Assembly (NCBI GenBank): GCA_934129745.1
Contig: CAKOWZ010000010.1
Coordinates: forward strand, 1,493 to 65,492
DNA: 64,000 nucleotides
Source of the DNA: an uncultured Clostridia bacterium
GTDB lineage: Bacteria; Bacillota; Clostridia; TANB77; CAG-508
Direction of reading: 5' to 3'
Shown: piece by piece, positions 41,826-51,990 of the stretch
Layout of the letters: each line of letters opens with the position of its first letter
Position numbering within the stretch: position 1 is the first letter of the stretch
Made by a program: the position numbers and the translations under genes
Notes under the pieces: model-generated
What the model was told of the DNA's origin: nothing
Databases searched by the model: none
The model's input: only the letters and a program-made list of their open reading frames with translations

Positions 41826-43079
41826 ATGTCAAAAATATGGAAAAACTATAAGCAAACAATTATACTATTATTATCAATTATAATTGGAGCAATCATAGGA
41901 ATTATTTTTAAGGAAAAAGTCGCGTTTTTAAAACCACTAGGAGATATTTTTATAAATCTAATGTTTGTAATAATTATACCTCTTGTATTCTTAACAATTT
42001 CAACATCGATTTCAAAAATGAAACAGCCAAAAAGACTTGGAAAAATAATGATATCAACTGTTGTTATTATTATAATAACATCAATTATAGCTGTTTTAAT
42101 AGGAATTTTGAGTACATATTTTATAAAATTAGTTGAGCCTGACAATAAAGATTTAATAAAATCTCAATTAAGTGATGACCATGTTCAGGTTGAAGAAGAA
42201 GACAAAACAATTTTAGACAGAACAGTTGAAGCAGTTACAGTTAGTGATTTTTCAGGATTATTTTCAAGACAAAATTTAATTGCAGTAATGGTATTTTCTA
42301 TTTTAATAGGAATTGCTATGAATATGTCAGGAGAAAAAGCTAAACCATTTGAAAGAGTGCTTGTTTCAGCATCTGATGTAATTATGAATGTCTTAAAAAT
42401 TATTACATATTATGCACCAATTGGTTTAGGGTGTTATTTTGCAGTATTAGTTGGAACATTTGGTGAAAGTATTGCAATAGGTTATGCAAAAACATTTGGA
42501 ATATATACAATTGTTGCAATTGCATTTTATGTAATAATATACACAATTTATGCATTTATAGCAGGTGGAAAAAAGGGAGTAGGTTTATTCTGGAAAAATG
42601 TTATAGATCCAACAGTTACATCAATTGCAACATGTTCAAGTGCTGCTTGTATTCCTGGTAATATAGAAGCTGCAAAAAAAATGGGAGTAAGTCAAGATGT
42701 GGCAGATACTGTAATTCCTTTAGGTACAAGCTTCCATAAAGATGGTTCTCTTATTGGAACTGTTTTCAAAATAATGTTTTTAGTATGTTTATTTGGAACT
42801 AATATTTCAAGTTTTGGTGGAATTATGCAAGTTTTATTTGTTAGTTTAGTTGCAAGTTTGTTAGTAAGTGCAGTTCCTATTGGTGGTGGAACAATTTCTG
42901 AAATGATGATTTTATCAATGATGGGATATCCAGTTTCTGCTTTACCAATTTTAACTATTATTGCAACTATAATTGATCCACCAGCAACAATGCTTAATGT
43001 TACAGGAAATACAGCTGCAAGTATGTTAGTTGGAAGAATTGTTGATGGTAATAAAAAAATAAAAATTAAAAAATTATGA
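41826..43079 (+). CDS. dicarboxylate/amino acid:cation symporter (DAACS family)
   Basis: Eight-TM topology plus re-entrant loops with conserved SSAA / IPLG-like motifs (SSAACIPGN, TVIPLGTSFH). Confidence 0.8.
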   Translation: MSKIWKNYKQTIILLLSIIIGAIIGIIFKEKVAFLKPLGDIFINLMFVIIIPLVFLTISTSISKMKQPKRLGKIMISTVVIIIITSIIAVLIGILSTYFIKLVEPDNKDLIKSQLSDDHVQVEEEDKTILDRTVEAVTVSDFSGLFSRQNLIAVMVFSILIGIAMNMSGEKAKPFERVLVSASDVIMNVLKIITYYAPIGLGCYFAVLVGTFGESIAIGYAKTFGIYTIVAIAFYVIIYTIYAFIAGGKKGVGLFWKNVIDPTVTSIATCSSAACIPGNIEAAKKMGVSQDVADTVIPLGTSFHKDGSLIGTVFKIMFLVCLFGTNISSFGGIMQVLFVSLVASLLVSAVPIGGGTISEMMILSMMGYPVSALPILTIIATIIDPPATMLNVTGNTAASMLVGRIVDGNKKIKIKKL

Positions 43080-43156
43080 GATTTAAAATTAATTATAAAA
43101 AAGTGAACATTTTTGTTAAATGTCCACTTTTTTAATTCATTAGATTTTTTGCTACA

Positions 43157-43738
43157 TTAGAGTCTAATAGTATTTCCTCTAGAATCTTTTGCAGCAATCT
43201 GATACCCTGCACATTGAACCATTACAGGGTAAATAAAATCAGCATGTAATGTACCTGTTGTTAAATTAATAACACCCCATTTACCATTTCTTTTTACTGC
43301 AACAAGGTTTTCAAGGTGTGCACCATTTTTCTGGTAGTCGATTGTTGAAAGATATTGCAGAAAGTTTGGTTTGGGTGGGTATTCGATTGCTTGGGGATTT
43401 GATCCCATAAAAAACAAGATAGAGTCAAATCCAGATTTTGAAAATACAAGTTTGTTTGCTACATAATCAAGGATATAGCATTTACGCTGATTACTTGTAA
43501 TCAAAATCATGTTATTTTCCAGGAAAATAGGGTTTATTGCATCACAAAATACCCCTTGACCATGGAAAGAATAAGCATCATAGATTCCAACAGATTTTTG
43601 TGCGATTATTCCAGATTTTTGGAAAATAACATTCTGGTACCGTATTGGTACAATGTTTTTTTTCACATTACCAGTGTTTGGGTCGATGTCTACAACACCA
43701 AAACTCCGGCTCTGGACGGATTGAACGCTAATTAGCAT
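43157..43738 (-). CDS. hypothetical protein (possible WG/KWG-repeat protein)
   Basis: 193-aa ORF containing RNGKWGVIN, reminiscent of KWG repeats. Confidence 0.35.
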   Translation of the reverse strand: MLISVQSVQSRSFGVVDIDPNTGNVKKNIVPIRYQNVIFQKSGIIAQKSVGIYDAYSFHGQGVFCDAINPIFLENNMILITSNQRKCYILDYVANKLVFSKSGFDSILFFMGSNPQAIEYPPKPNFLQYLSTIDYQKNGAHLENLVAVKRNGKWGVINLTTGTLHADFIYPVMVQCAGYQIAAKDSRGNTIRL

Positions 43739-43811
43739 TTTCCGAACCTCCTTTGAAATTATTTAGAATATTTTTATTATACTATGTTTTTAGTGTAAAT
43801 TCAAGGTGTTT

Positions 43812-43883
43812 TGCGAATTTAATGTATTTTGTAAATTTAATGTATTTTGCAAATTTAATGCATTTTGCAAATCTAATGCAAAT
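43812..43883. repeat. tandem 18-bp repeat x4 (GCAAATTTAATGTATTTT-like)
   Basis: Four consecutive degenerate 18-mers. Produces the spurious ORF 43806-43988. Confidence 0.8.
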
Positions 43884-43915
43884 GAAGGTGTTAATTTAAT
43901 TCAAAAAGGGAAGAG

Positions 43916-44866
43916 TTACTTGTTAGTTAATTCTTCCAAATCTAAAAGTTCTTGCCATCTTTCATCAACAACTCTTTGGAATTCTTGAATCATCCATTCA
44001 TTACCAGGTTTAAACATATGCTTAAATCTTCTTTGTAATTTCAAAAATTCTTCAATTGGTTTTCTATTAGCAGGTTTATATGTTATATGATATTTTCCAT
44101 CAACAATTTCATATAAAGGCCAATAACATGTTTCAACAGCTAATTTATTAATTTCCATTAACATATCTGTTGGATAACCCCATCCACGTGGACAAGGTGA
44201 AAATACATTTAAAAATGTAGGACCTTCTGTGTAAATAGCTTTTTCAGATTTTTCATATAAATCTTTGAAATTGTTTACAGCAATTGTTTGAGCAATATAA
44301 GGTAAGTGATGTCCTGCCATAATTTTTGTTAAATCTTTTCTATATTGCATTTTTCCAGGTATTACAGAACCTGCTGGACTTGTTGTTGTATCAGCAAATT
44401 TTGGTGTTGCACTTGAACGTTGTGTTCCTGTGTTCATATATGCACCATTATCATAACATACATAAACCATGTCATGACCTCTCTCCATTGCTCCTGATAA
44501 ACTTTGAAGTCCTATATCATATGTTCCACCATCACCACCAAAAGTGATAAATTTTGTTTCACCTTCTTCAGGTAATTTTCCTTGTCTTTTTAATGATTTA
44601 TAAGCAGCTTCAACACCTGCAGTATTTGCAGCAGCACATTCAAATGCTGTGTGAATAAATGAATCTGTCCATGCTGTGTATGGGTAAATAAATGTTGCAA
44701 CTTCCATACATCCTGTTGCACATGATATAACAGCATGATCTTCTGGTTTTAAAGCTCTTAAAACTGTTCTTGCAATAACAGGTGCTCCACATCCAGCACA
44801 CATTCTATGTCCAGCTGTAAATCTTGAAGGTTTTGTAGCTATTACTTCTTTCATATTATATGCCAT
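43916..44866 (-). CDS. porB: 2-oxoacid:ferredoxin oxidoreductase beta subunit (TPP-binding)
   Basis: TPP-binding GDG...N motif region (FGGDGGTYDIG). Last gene of the porGDAB operon. Confidence 0.85.
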   Translation of the reverse strand: MAYNMKEVIATKPSRFTAGHRMCAGCGAPVIARTVLRALKPEDHAVISCATGCMEVATFIYPYTAWTDSFIHTAFECAAANTAGVEAAYKSLKRQGKLPEEGETKFITFGGDGGTYDIGLQSLSGAMERGHDMVYVCYDNGAYMNTGTQRSSATPKFADTTTSPAGSVIPGKMQYRKDLTKIMAGHHLPYIAQTIAVNNFKDLYEKSEKAIYTEGPTFLNVFSPCPRGWGYPTDMLMEINKLAVETCYWPLYEIVDGKYHITYKPANRKPIEEFLKLQRRFKHMFKPGNEWMIQEFQRVVDERWQELLDLEELTNK

Positions 44867-44896
44867 TTTTAATAATCTCCTTTCATATTTTAAAAT

Positions 44897-46078
44897 TTAT
44901 TTTCTAACTCCTAAATATCTATAAAAATCATCAGTTCCACCATTTTTAACTATTTCTGCTAAATCAGTATAAACTTTTTCAATATCTTTAGCAGTAGTAT
45001 CGCGACCACCAATTCCATAAACATAGTTTACTGCAGGAACTTGAATTTTATTTACAAACATTGCAGATGTAACATCTTCAAATAAAGCTCCACCAGCACC
45101 ATTTAAAGAATCAGCTTTATCTAAAATTGCAACTGCTTTAACTTTTGATAAAGCTTTTGCAACTTCTTCAGAAGGAAATGGTCTAAACATACGAATTTTC
45201 AATAATCCAGCTTTTATACCTTTTTCACGTAATTCATCTACAACAAATTTAGTTGTTCCAGCTGTTGAGTTCATACAAACAATTGCTATTTCAGCATCAT
45301 CTAATTTATATTCCTCAAAAAATGAATATTTTCTTCCTGTTAATTCTTCAAATTCTTTAGAAACTTCTGCAATTACTTTTTTTGCATTTCTCATTGCCTG
45401 TGCTTGTTGATATTTATGTTCAAATAAATATGCTTGAACATCAAGAGGACCAACAGCCATAGGTTCTTTTGAATTTAATAAATAATGTTCAGGATTATAT
45501 GTTCCAACAAAACTTTTTGCAGTTTTATCATCTAATAATTCTATATTTTCAATTGCATGTGAAGTAATAAATCCATCTTGACATACCATTAATGGTAGTA
45601 AAACATCTTTATTTTCAGCAATTTTGTGAGCCATTAATAAATTATCATATGCTTCTTGATTATTTTCACTAAATAACATAATCCATCCACTGTCACGAAC
45701 ACCCATTGCATCTGAATGGTCATTATTTATGTTTAAAGGACCTGATACAGCACGGTTTACAAGTGACATTACTATTGGTAAACGTAAACTTGATGCTATA
45801 TAAATTTGTTCCCACATATAAGATAATCCATTTGCAGATGTAGCTGTCATAGCTCTTGCACCAGCAGCTTCAGCACCAATACATGCAGTCATTGCACTAT
45901 GTTCACTTTCAACAGCAACAAATTCTGTATCAACTTGCCCATTACTTACAAATGTTGAAAAATATTGAGGTATTTCTGTTGATGGTGTTATAGGAAATGC
46001 TGCAACAACATCTGGATTAATTTGTTTCATTGCAATAGCAGCAGCCTCATTACCACTTAAACGTTCTCTAATTCCCAT
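44897..46078 (-). CDS. porA: 2-oxoacid:ferredoxin oxidoreductase alpha subunit
   Basis: POR alpha N-terminal domain homology. 393 aa. Start overlaps the porD stop. Confidence 0.85.
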   Translation of the reverse strand: MGIRERLSGNEAAAIAMKQINPDVVAAFPITPSTEIPQYFSTFVSNGQVDTEFVAVESEHSAMTACIGAEAAGARAMTATSANGLSYMWEQIYIASSLRLPIVMSLVNRAVSGPLNINNDHSDAMGVRDSGWIMLFSENNQEAYDNLLMAHKIAENKDVLLPLMVCQDGFITSHAIENIELLDDKTAKSFVGTYNPEHYLLNSKEPMAVGPLDVQAYLFEHKYQQAQAMRNAKKVIAEVSKEFEELTGRKYSFFEEYKLDDAEIAIVCMNSTAGTTKFVVDELREKGIKAGLLKIRMFRPFPSEEVAKALSKVKAVAILDKADSLNGAGGALFEDVTSAMFVNKIQVPAVNYVYGIGGRDTTAKDIEKVYTDLAEIVKNGGTDDFYRYLGVRK

Positions 46079-46374
46079 TATTCATTTTCCTCCTTCATCA
46101 CAATTGCTCCAAATGGACATACTCTAGCACATACGCCACATCCTTTACAATAATCATAATTAAAATCTTCTCTTTTTTGATCACAATTTACAGGAATTGC
46201 ATCATCAGGGCAAACAGGAAAACATAAACCACATTGTCTACATTTTTCACTTAAAAAAACAGGTTTTACACTTCTCCAATCACCAGTTTTAAATTCCATT
46301 GCATTTCCTGGTGTATAAATATTTCCACCTATTGTTAATTCACTAGCAGGTGTATTTGTATTAATTTCAGTCAT
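46078..46374 (-). CDS. porD: 2-oxoacid:ferredoxin oxidoreductase delta subunit (2x[4Fe-4S])
   Basis: Two Cys motifs, CRQCGLCFPVCP and CKGCGVCARVCP. AGGAGA RBS 7 nt upstream of ATG at 46374. The ORF-track start at 46443 extends through the repeat. Confidence 0.75.
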   Translation of the reverse strand: MTEINTNTPASELTIGGNIYTPGNAMEFKTGDWRSVKPVFLSEKCRQCGLCFPVCPDDAIPVNCDQKREDFNYDYCKGCGVCARVCPFGAIVMKEENE

Positions 46375-46392
46375 TTTTATTCTCCTTTCAGA

Positions 46393-46423
46393 TGAACAAT
46401 TGGGACGCGTCCCCAACTGCTCA
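46393..46423. repeat. GC-rich palindromic element, copy C (reverse orientation) inside the por operon
   Basis: Reverse complement reads GAGCAGTTGGGGACGCGTCCCAATTGTTCATCTGA. That is near-identical to copy B. Confidence 0.85.
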
Positions 46424-47002
46424 CTATATTTTTTCAACTGCATTTAATGCAAGTTTTAATGCTTTCATATTACCTTCAATTACTTCAGGTTTTTTTGCAA
46501 ATTTATGTTTAAATGAACCTTCCATATCATTTATTAATTCTTCATCTGACATAACTCCAGATACTTTAACAATAGCTGCAAGCATTGGGGTATTAGGGAA
46601 ATATTTTCCTAATGCTTCCATTGATATTTTGCGAGCATCTATTTTATAGATATTTCCAGGGTAATTTTTTAATTTCTTTTTTAGCTTATCATTATCTTGT
46701 GTTGTATTGATAATTATTGCACCTTCTGGTTTTAAGCCAGCTGTTACATTTACTGCATCTAGTAAAGTATCATCTACAACAACAACAAAATCTGGGTCAT
46801 AAATATTACTATGTATTGTAATAGGTGAGTTACTAATACGGTTGTAAGCTGTGATTGGAGCTCCCATTCTTTCAGGTCCATATTCAGGAAATCCTTGGAT
46901 ATATTTACCTGTATTGAAAGCTGCATCTGCAAGAAGAAGTGATGCTGTTTTTGCACCTTGGCCACCTCTACCATGCCATCTGATTTCAATTAAATCTTTC
47001 AT
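46424..47002 (-). CDS. porG: 2-oxoacid:ferredoxin oxidoreductase gamma subunit
   Basis: POR gamma-domain homology (RWHGRGGQGAKTAS...). First gene of the operon. Confidence 0.8.
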   Translation of the reverse strand: MKDLIEIRWHGRGGQGAKTASLLLADAAFNTGKYIQGFPEYGPERMGAPITAYNRISNSPITIHSNIYDPDFVVVVDDTLLDAVNVTAGLKPEGAIIINTTQDNDKLKKKLKNYPGNIYKIDARKISMEALGKYFPNTPMLAAIVKVSGVMSDEELINDMEGSFKHKFAKKPEVIEGNMKALKLALNAVEKI

Positions 47003-47289
47003 GTATTAATTTCCTCCTTATTTTTTTGATTATAAAAAGCATGTTTTTGGCTTTAAATATATGCTTTTAAATATGAATTAAGTATATGACGATTTTACCA
47101 GAATGTCAAGAAGAAATGACCACCCTGACTAATTTATGAAAACAGTTAGTGTAAAATAAAAGTGGGCAAAATGATGTGAACAATAAATTATGATGATATG
47201 GGCAATAAATTATGAAAAAGATTGATTTTTATGTAAATTTATATTATAATTAGAATAATTTAGGAAATTATTGATTGGGGGAGTTTATT

Positions 47290-48696
47290 GTGAATATTTC
47301 ACAAGATATAAAAGATTGGATTATTAATGAATATATAAATGAAAAACATAAAACTTATAGAAGAATAATGAAAGATGTATATGAAAAGTTTGACTTACAA
47401 ATCCAAATAGAAGATTATGTTGAAGTTTTAGAAGAATATAGAAAAAAGATTAAGGAAAAGGAAATTCCAAAAGTTAAGTACAAGAAATATGAATTTACAG
47501 ATAAAGATGATGAATTTATTGGTGATGAATTAAAAAAAGGAACTTCATGTCAAAAAATATTTAAAAAAATGTTGGATAAAGGATATGATATTACTTATTC
47601 AAATTTACGTAATAGATGTAAAACTATAAGACATAATGAAGATGTTTATAATGAGATTTGTAAACAAAAGGAATTAAGAGAAATTCAGAAAAAAGAAAAA
47701 TTGAATTCTAAAAAAAGAAAAAAAGTTGTTTTAGATGAAGAAGAAATATTTAATTTAAGGCAACAAGGAATGAGTAAAAGTAAAATTGCTAAAATGATGA
47801 AAGTAAGTCCAAATAAAATTCAACGAGTTTGTAAAAATATATATGAGAAAAAAGGAATTAATGAACCATTATATAACAAAAAAATAGATGATATTGATTT
47901 TGAAAAAGTATATAAATTAAGAAAAAAAGGAATTGCCAGAAAACAAATTGCAACAAAATTTAATGTAAGTGAAGGGACTATAGCTAAGGTTTGTAAAATT
48001 ATTTTTGAACAAAAAGGTGAAATTGAGCCTAAATATAGTACACATAAAAGAAATAAAAATATTGATGAAGAAGAGGTTTTTAAATTAAGAGAACAGGGTT
48101 GGACAATTAAAGATATTTCTGAAAAATATAATGTAGGTATGGCAACTATGCATAAAATATGCAAAAAAGTATATGCAGATAAGGGAAAAAATAGACCTAA
48201 ATATAATAGGGGAAAAAATAAGAAAAAATTAGATAAGGAAATTATTTTTGAATTAAGAGAACAAAAGTTATCATATAGAGAAATTGCTGAAGAATTAGGA
48301 GAAACTTTGCAAGTTATAAGAAATACGTGTAAAAAAATATATGAGGAAAAAGGAAAAGAAGAACCAAGATATTCAAAAAATAATAGTAATAAAAAAGAAA
48401 TTCTTAAATTAAAAAAACAAGGACTTTCATTTGAAGAGATTGCAGAAAAAATTGGTATAAGTGAAAAAAGTGTTTTTATAGTATGTAAAAATATATATAA
48501 AGAAAATGGAATAGAACTTCATGAAACAAAAAAAGAGATAAAACAGAAAAAAATTGATTTTAAAAATATGGATATAAATAAGTTTAATGAAAATTTACAA
48601 AAATTAAAGAAAACAAAAAATGCTACAGATGAGCAGTTAGAGGAAATATCAAAAGCCTGTGGGAAAAAAATAGATGATAAAAATATGGAAAAATAA
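47290..48696 (+). CDS. protein composed of ~7 tandem HTH-like repeats (about 50 aa each)
   Basis: Repeated blocks of the form (F/L)xLRxQG-S---IA-----S---I--VCK-IY-EKG---P-Y. GTG 47290 sits 6 nt after GGGGAG. Divergent from the por operon promoter. Confidence 0.5.
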   Translation: MNISQDIKDWIINEYINEKHKTYRRIMKDVYEKFDLQIQIEDYVEVLEEYRKKIKEKEIPKVKYKKYEFTDKDDEFIGDELKKGTSCQKIFKKMLDKGYDITYSNLRNRCKTIRHNEDVYNEICKQKELREIQKKEKLNSKKRKKVVLDEEEIFNLRQQGMSKSKIAKMMKVSPNKIQRVCKNIYEKKGINEPLYNKKIDDIDFEKVYKLRKKGIARKQIATKFNVSEGTIAKVCKIIFEQKGEIEPKYSTHKRNKNIDEEEVFKLREQGWTIKDISEKYNVGMATMHKICKKVYADKGKNRPKYNRGKNKKKLDKEIIFELREQKLSYREIAEELGETLQVIRNTCKKIYEEKGKEEPRYSKNNSNKKEILKLKKQGLSFEEIAEKIGISEKSVFIVCKNIYKENGIELHETKKEIKQKKIDFKNMDINKFNENLQKLKKTKNATDEQLEEISKACGKKIDDKNMEK

Positions 48697-48794
48697 AGAT
48701 AAATAAAAAAATAAAAATTAACCATATAGTAAAATTTGGCTAATTTTTATTTTTTATTTTGAAGTGTGATCATTCAATTAAAAATTTGATAAAT

Positions 48795-49589
48795 CTATTT
48801 TCCAATAAACATTTGAACATAAATTTTACCATATTTTGAACCAGAAATAACAGCTAAACCAGTTTGATTATAACTACTATTTAAAATATTTGCTCTATGC
48901 CCAGATGAATTCATCCATGCAGTAACAGCTGCTGAATTACTAGAGTTTCCAGCAATATTCTCACCTGCGGTTTTATATGTTATTCCAAAATTTTTCATCA
49001 TATTAAAAGGTGTACCATATGTTGGTGAATTATGATCAAAATAATTATTATTAATCATGTCTTGAGCTTTTATTCTTGCAACCCTTTGAAGTTCTGCGTT
49101 TACTGTTAATGGTGAAAGACCATTTTTTGTCCTTTGCTGATTTATTAGATTAAATGTTTCTAATTCATCTGCTGTTAATATAGATGTTGAATTTGTATTT
49201 CCAGAACTATTTGATGATCCAGAAGTAGTATTTCCTGAGCCTGTGGATGTTCCACTTGTTGTGCCAGAAGCTTTAGGATATATTGGTTTAATATATTTTT
49301 GACTTACAGCACCTATATAATCACCTTCTACTTGAACTATATACCAGCTTCCAACACCTGCAAATACACGCACATATTGATCTTTATTTATAGTTGTTAC
49401 TACTGAATAACCTGTTCCAGGACCACTTCTAACATTTAATTTATTTGCTGTTACTAAACCAGTTGAAAAGTCTAATTTATAGTAATGCTGCATTCCAAAA
49501 GATGTTGTACATGCAAATATTAATGTTAAAAAAAGTGTTGCTGATGCCAAAATAAGAATTTTTTTCTTGGTTAGTTTTAGAAATTTCAT
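48795..49589 (-). CDS. secreted SH3b + CAP (SCP/PR-1-like) domain protein
   Basis: Signal peptide, then an SH3_3-like block (YVRVFAGVGSWYIVQ), a G/S/T-rich linker, and a C-terminal CAP domain (GHRANIL, HYTQ-like motifs). Confidence 0.65.
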   Translation of the reverse strand: MKFLKLTKKKILILASATLFLTLIFACTTSFGMQHYYKLDFSTGLVTANKLNVRSGPGTGYSVVTTINKDQYVRVFAGVGSWYIVQVEGDYIGAVSQKYIKPIYPKASGTTSGTSTGSGNTTSGSSNSSGNTNSTSILTADELETFNLINQQRTKNGLSPLTVNAELQRVARIKAQDMINNNYFDHNSPTYGTPFNMMKNFGITYKTAGENIAGNSSNSAAVTAWMNSSGHRANILNSSYNQTGLAVISGSKYGKIYVQMFIGK

Positions 49590-49843
49590 TATAGGTTACC
49601 TCCATGTTTTGAGTTTATTTTAGTAATGTTTATGTTAAGAAAAAATGTTTTATGACAGATTAATGTGAAAGAGAGCCAAATGTTTCACTTTTTTTGATTG
49701 CAAAATTAAACAAAAATGTGTTATAATAGTAAATATCTTGTCTGAATCATATATAACTTGTCAAAATAAGATAATAAAAACTTTTCATAAATTAAGAGTA
49801 TAGAGCATATAATCATAATAGTAATTTTTGAAAGGGGAGTATT

Positions 49844-50056
49844 ATGGAATATACAAATGATATTATTTTAAATGTAAAGTACAGAGGAGACAAGAAAAAA
49901 GAAAGTTTAAAAATAAAACATAAAGCCTTAAAAACAATAATTAAGAAAATATATGATGATGAATTTCTTACAATATCAATATTGGTGAGTGTAATTGTTT
50001 TAATTATTGATTTTTTGTTTGTAAAACATTTTATAAAAATATTAAATTTATTATAA
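49844..50056 (+). CDS. small hypothetical protein with C-terminal TM helix
   Basis: 70-aa ORF with a GGGGAG RBS. Confidence 0.25.
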   Translation: MEYTNDIILNVKYRGDKKKESLKIKHKALKTIIKKIYDDEFLTISILVSVIVLIIDFLFVKHFIKILNLL

Positions 50057-50074
50057 AGGAATGATTAAGAAAAA

Positions 50075-50932
50075 ATGAAAGTAGCAGAAAATTGGAAAGA
50101 TTATGAAATAATTGATATGGCAAATGGTGAAAAATTAGAAAGATGGAAAAATGTAATTTTGGTTCGTCCAGACCCACAGATTATCTGGAAGGACAAGTCT
50201 TTTCCAGAAAAATGGAACAAAATAAATGCTCGTTATAATCGTAGTAATACTGGTGGTGGTGCATGGGAATATTCTAAAAAAATGCCTTCATCATGGGAAA
50301 TTAAATATAAAAATTTGACATTTAATATCAAACCAATGGGATTTAAACATACTGGATTATTTCCAGAACAAGCTGTTAATTGGGATTGGATGATTGATAA
50401 AATTAAAAATGCTAAAAGAGATATTAAAGTTTTGAATTTATTTGCATATACAGGTGGAGCAACAGTTGCTTGTTTATCAGCAGGTGCATCTGTTTGTCAT
50501 GTTGATAGTTCAAAAGGAATGGTTTCTTGGGCTAAAGAAAATGTTATTTCATCTGGATTACAAGATAGACCTGTTAGATATATTATTGATGATGTTGTTA
50601 AATTTGTTAATAGAGAAATTCGTCGTGGAAATAAATATGATGCAATAATTATGGACCCACCTTCTTATGGAAGAGGGGCAAATGGTGAGGTTTGGAAGTT
50701 TGAAGAAAATATATATGATTTAGTAGAATTATGTACTAAAGTTTTATCAGATGATCCATTATTTTTCTTAATTAATTCATATACAACTGGAATTTCAAGT
50801 ACAGTTTTAGAAAATATTTTAAAATTAAATATTAAAAATAAGGGAACATTTAGTAATGGTGAAATTGGTTTACCAATGACTAATTCAAAAATGATTTTAC
50901 CATGTGGTATTTATGGAAGATGGGAAAAATAA
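50075..50932 (+). CDS. class I SAM-dependent rRNA methyltransferase (RlmI/RlmK-like catalytic domain)
   Basis: SAM-binding NLFAYTGGATV motif and DPPSYG catalytic motif. Confidence 0.65.
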   Translation: MKVAENWKDYEIIDMANGEKLERWKNVILVRPDPQIIWKDKSFPEKWNKINARYNRSNTGGGAWEYSKKMPSSWEIKYKNLTFNIKPMGFKHTGLFPEQAVNWDWMIDKIKNAKRDIKVLNLFAYTGGATVACLSAGASVCHVDSSKGMVSWAKENVISSGLQDRPVRYIIDDVVKFVNREIRRGNKYDAIIMDPPSYGRGANGEVWKFEENIYDLVELCTKVLSDDPLFFLINSYTTGISSTVLENILKLNIKNKGTFSNGEIGLPMTNSKMILPCGIYGRWEK

Positions 50933-51063
50933 TTGATTTAAAAAAGTGTTGTATAAAGTTTGAAAATGTTGAATAAATTGATACTTTTAAAATAAATTTG
51001 ATTTTTAAATAAATTAGAGTTTATGAATATAGATTAGAGTGTATAAATAGATTGGAGTTAAAA

Positions 51064-51750
51064 ATGCATAAATTAAATGTTTTATATGAAGATAATCATA
51101 TTATAGTTGTAGAAAAAATTGTAAATGTTCCATCACAAGCTGATAAAACTGGTGATATTGATATGTTAACTATTATTAAAGATTATATAAAAGAAAAATA
51201 TAATAAACCAGGGAATGTTTATTTAGGATTAGTACATAGATTAGATAGACCTGTTGGTGGTGTTATGGTTTTTGCTAAAACTTCTAAAGCTGCAAGTAGA
51301 TTAAGTGAACAAGTTAGAGTTAAGGAATTTGAAAAAAAATATTTGGTAATTGTTAACGGAAAAATAGAGCCATCTAAAGGAGAATTTGAAGATTATTTAT
51401 TAAAAAATGAGAAATCTAATATGAGTAGGGTGGTTCCTGAAAATACTAAAAATGCTAAATATGCAAATTTGGAATATGAAGTATTAAAATATAATGAAGA
51501 AATTGATTTATCACTTGTTAAGGTTCATTTACACACTGGCAGACATCATCAAATTAGAGTTCAATTTTCCAGCAGAAATCATAGTATTTATGGTGATCAA
51601 AAATATGGTGGAAGAGGTCATGGAAAACAAATTGCACTTTGGGCATATAGCTTAAGTTTTATTCATCCTATTACCAAAGAAAGAATGGAGTTTAGAGTTT
51701 TGCCTGAAATAATAGGTAGTTGGAAAATCTTAGAAGGTGTAGAATTATAG
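51064..51750 (+). CDS. RluA-family pseudouridine synthase
   Basis: Catalytic-Asp motif HRLDRPVGGVMVFAK and the HQIRVQ motif. Confidence 0.8.
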   Translation: MHKLNVLYEDNHIIVVEKIVNVPSQADKTGDIDMLTIIKDYIKEKYNKPGNVYLGLVHRLDRPVGGVMVFAKTSKAASRLSEQVRVKEFEKKYLVIVNGKIEPSKGEFEDYLLKNEKSNMSRVVPENTKNAKYANLEYEVLKYNEEIDLSLVKVHLHTGRHHQIRVQFSSRNHSIYGDQKYGGRGHGKQIALWAYSLSFIHPITKERMEFRVLPEIIGSWKILEGVEL

Positions 51751-51990
51751 CCATTTTACAAATAACATAAATGCAAAATTTATTAAAATATATGATTAAA
51801 AAATTTATATTAAGTATATAAGTATAATTTTAAAAAATAATAGTGGTACAAAACACATAAAAAAGGGAATGAAATTAAAATAAAAAAATTTCATTCCTTT
51901 TTTATGTGTTTATATGTACATAATAAAAATATGCAAATTAAAAGATGTATTATGTGTATAGAAATACAGAAACAAAAGAGGTGAACATAT

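Noticed and set aside
43806-43988. 60-aa ORF FCEFNVFCKFNVFCKFNAFCK...
   Set aside because: Its translation simply reflects the 18-bp tandem repeat. Not a gene.
46392-46649. 85-aa plus-strand ORF and N-terminal extension of porD to 46443
   Set aside because: Both arise from reading through the palindromic repeat. porD has a proper RBS and start at 46374.
47820-48164. 114-aa minus-strand ORF inside the HTH-repeat gene (also 48519-48725)
   Set aside because: Antisense, low-complexity, overlaps the repeat-protein gene.
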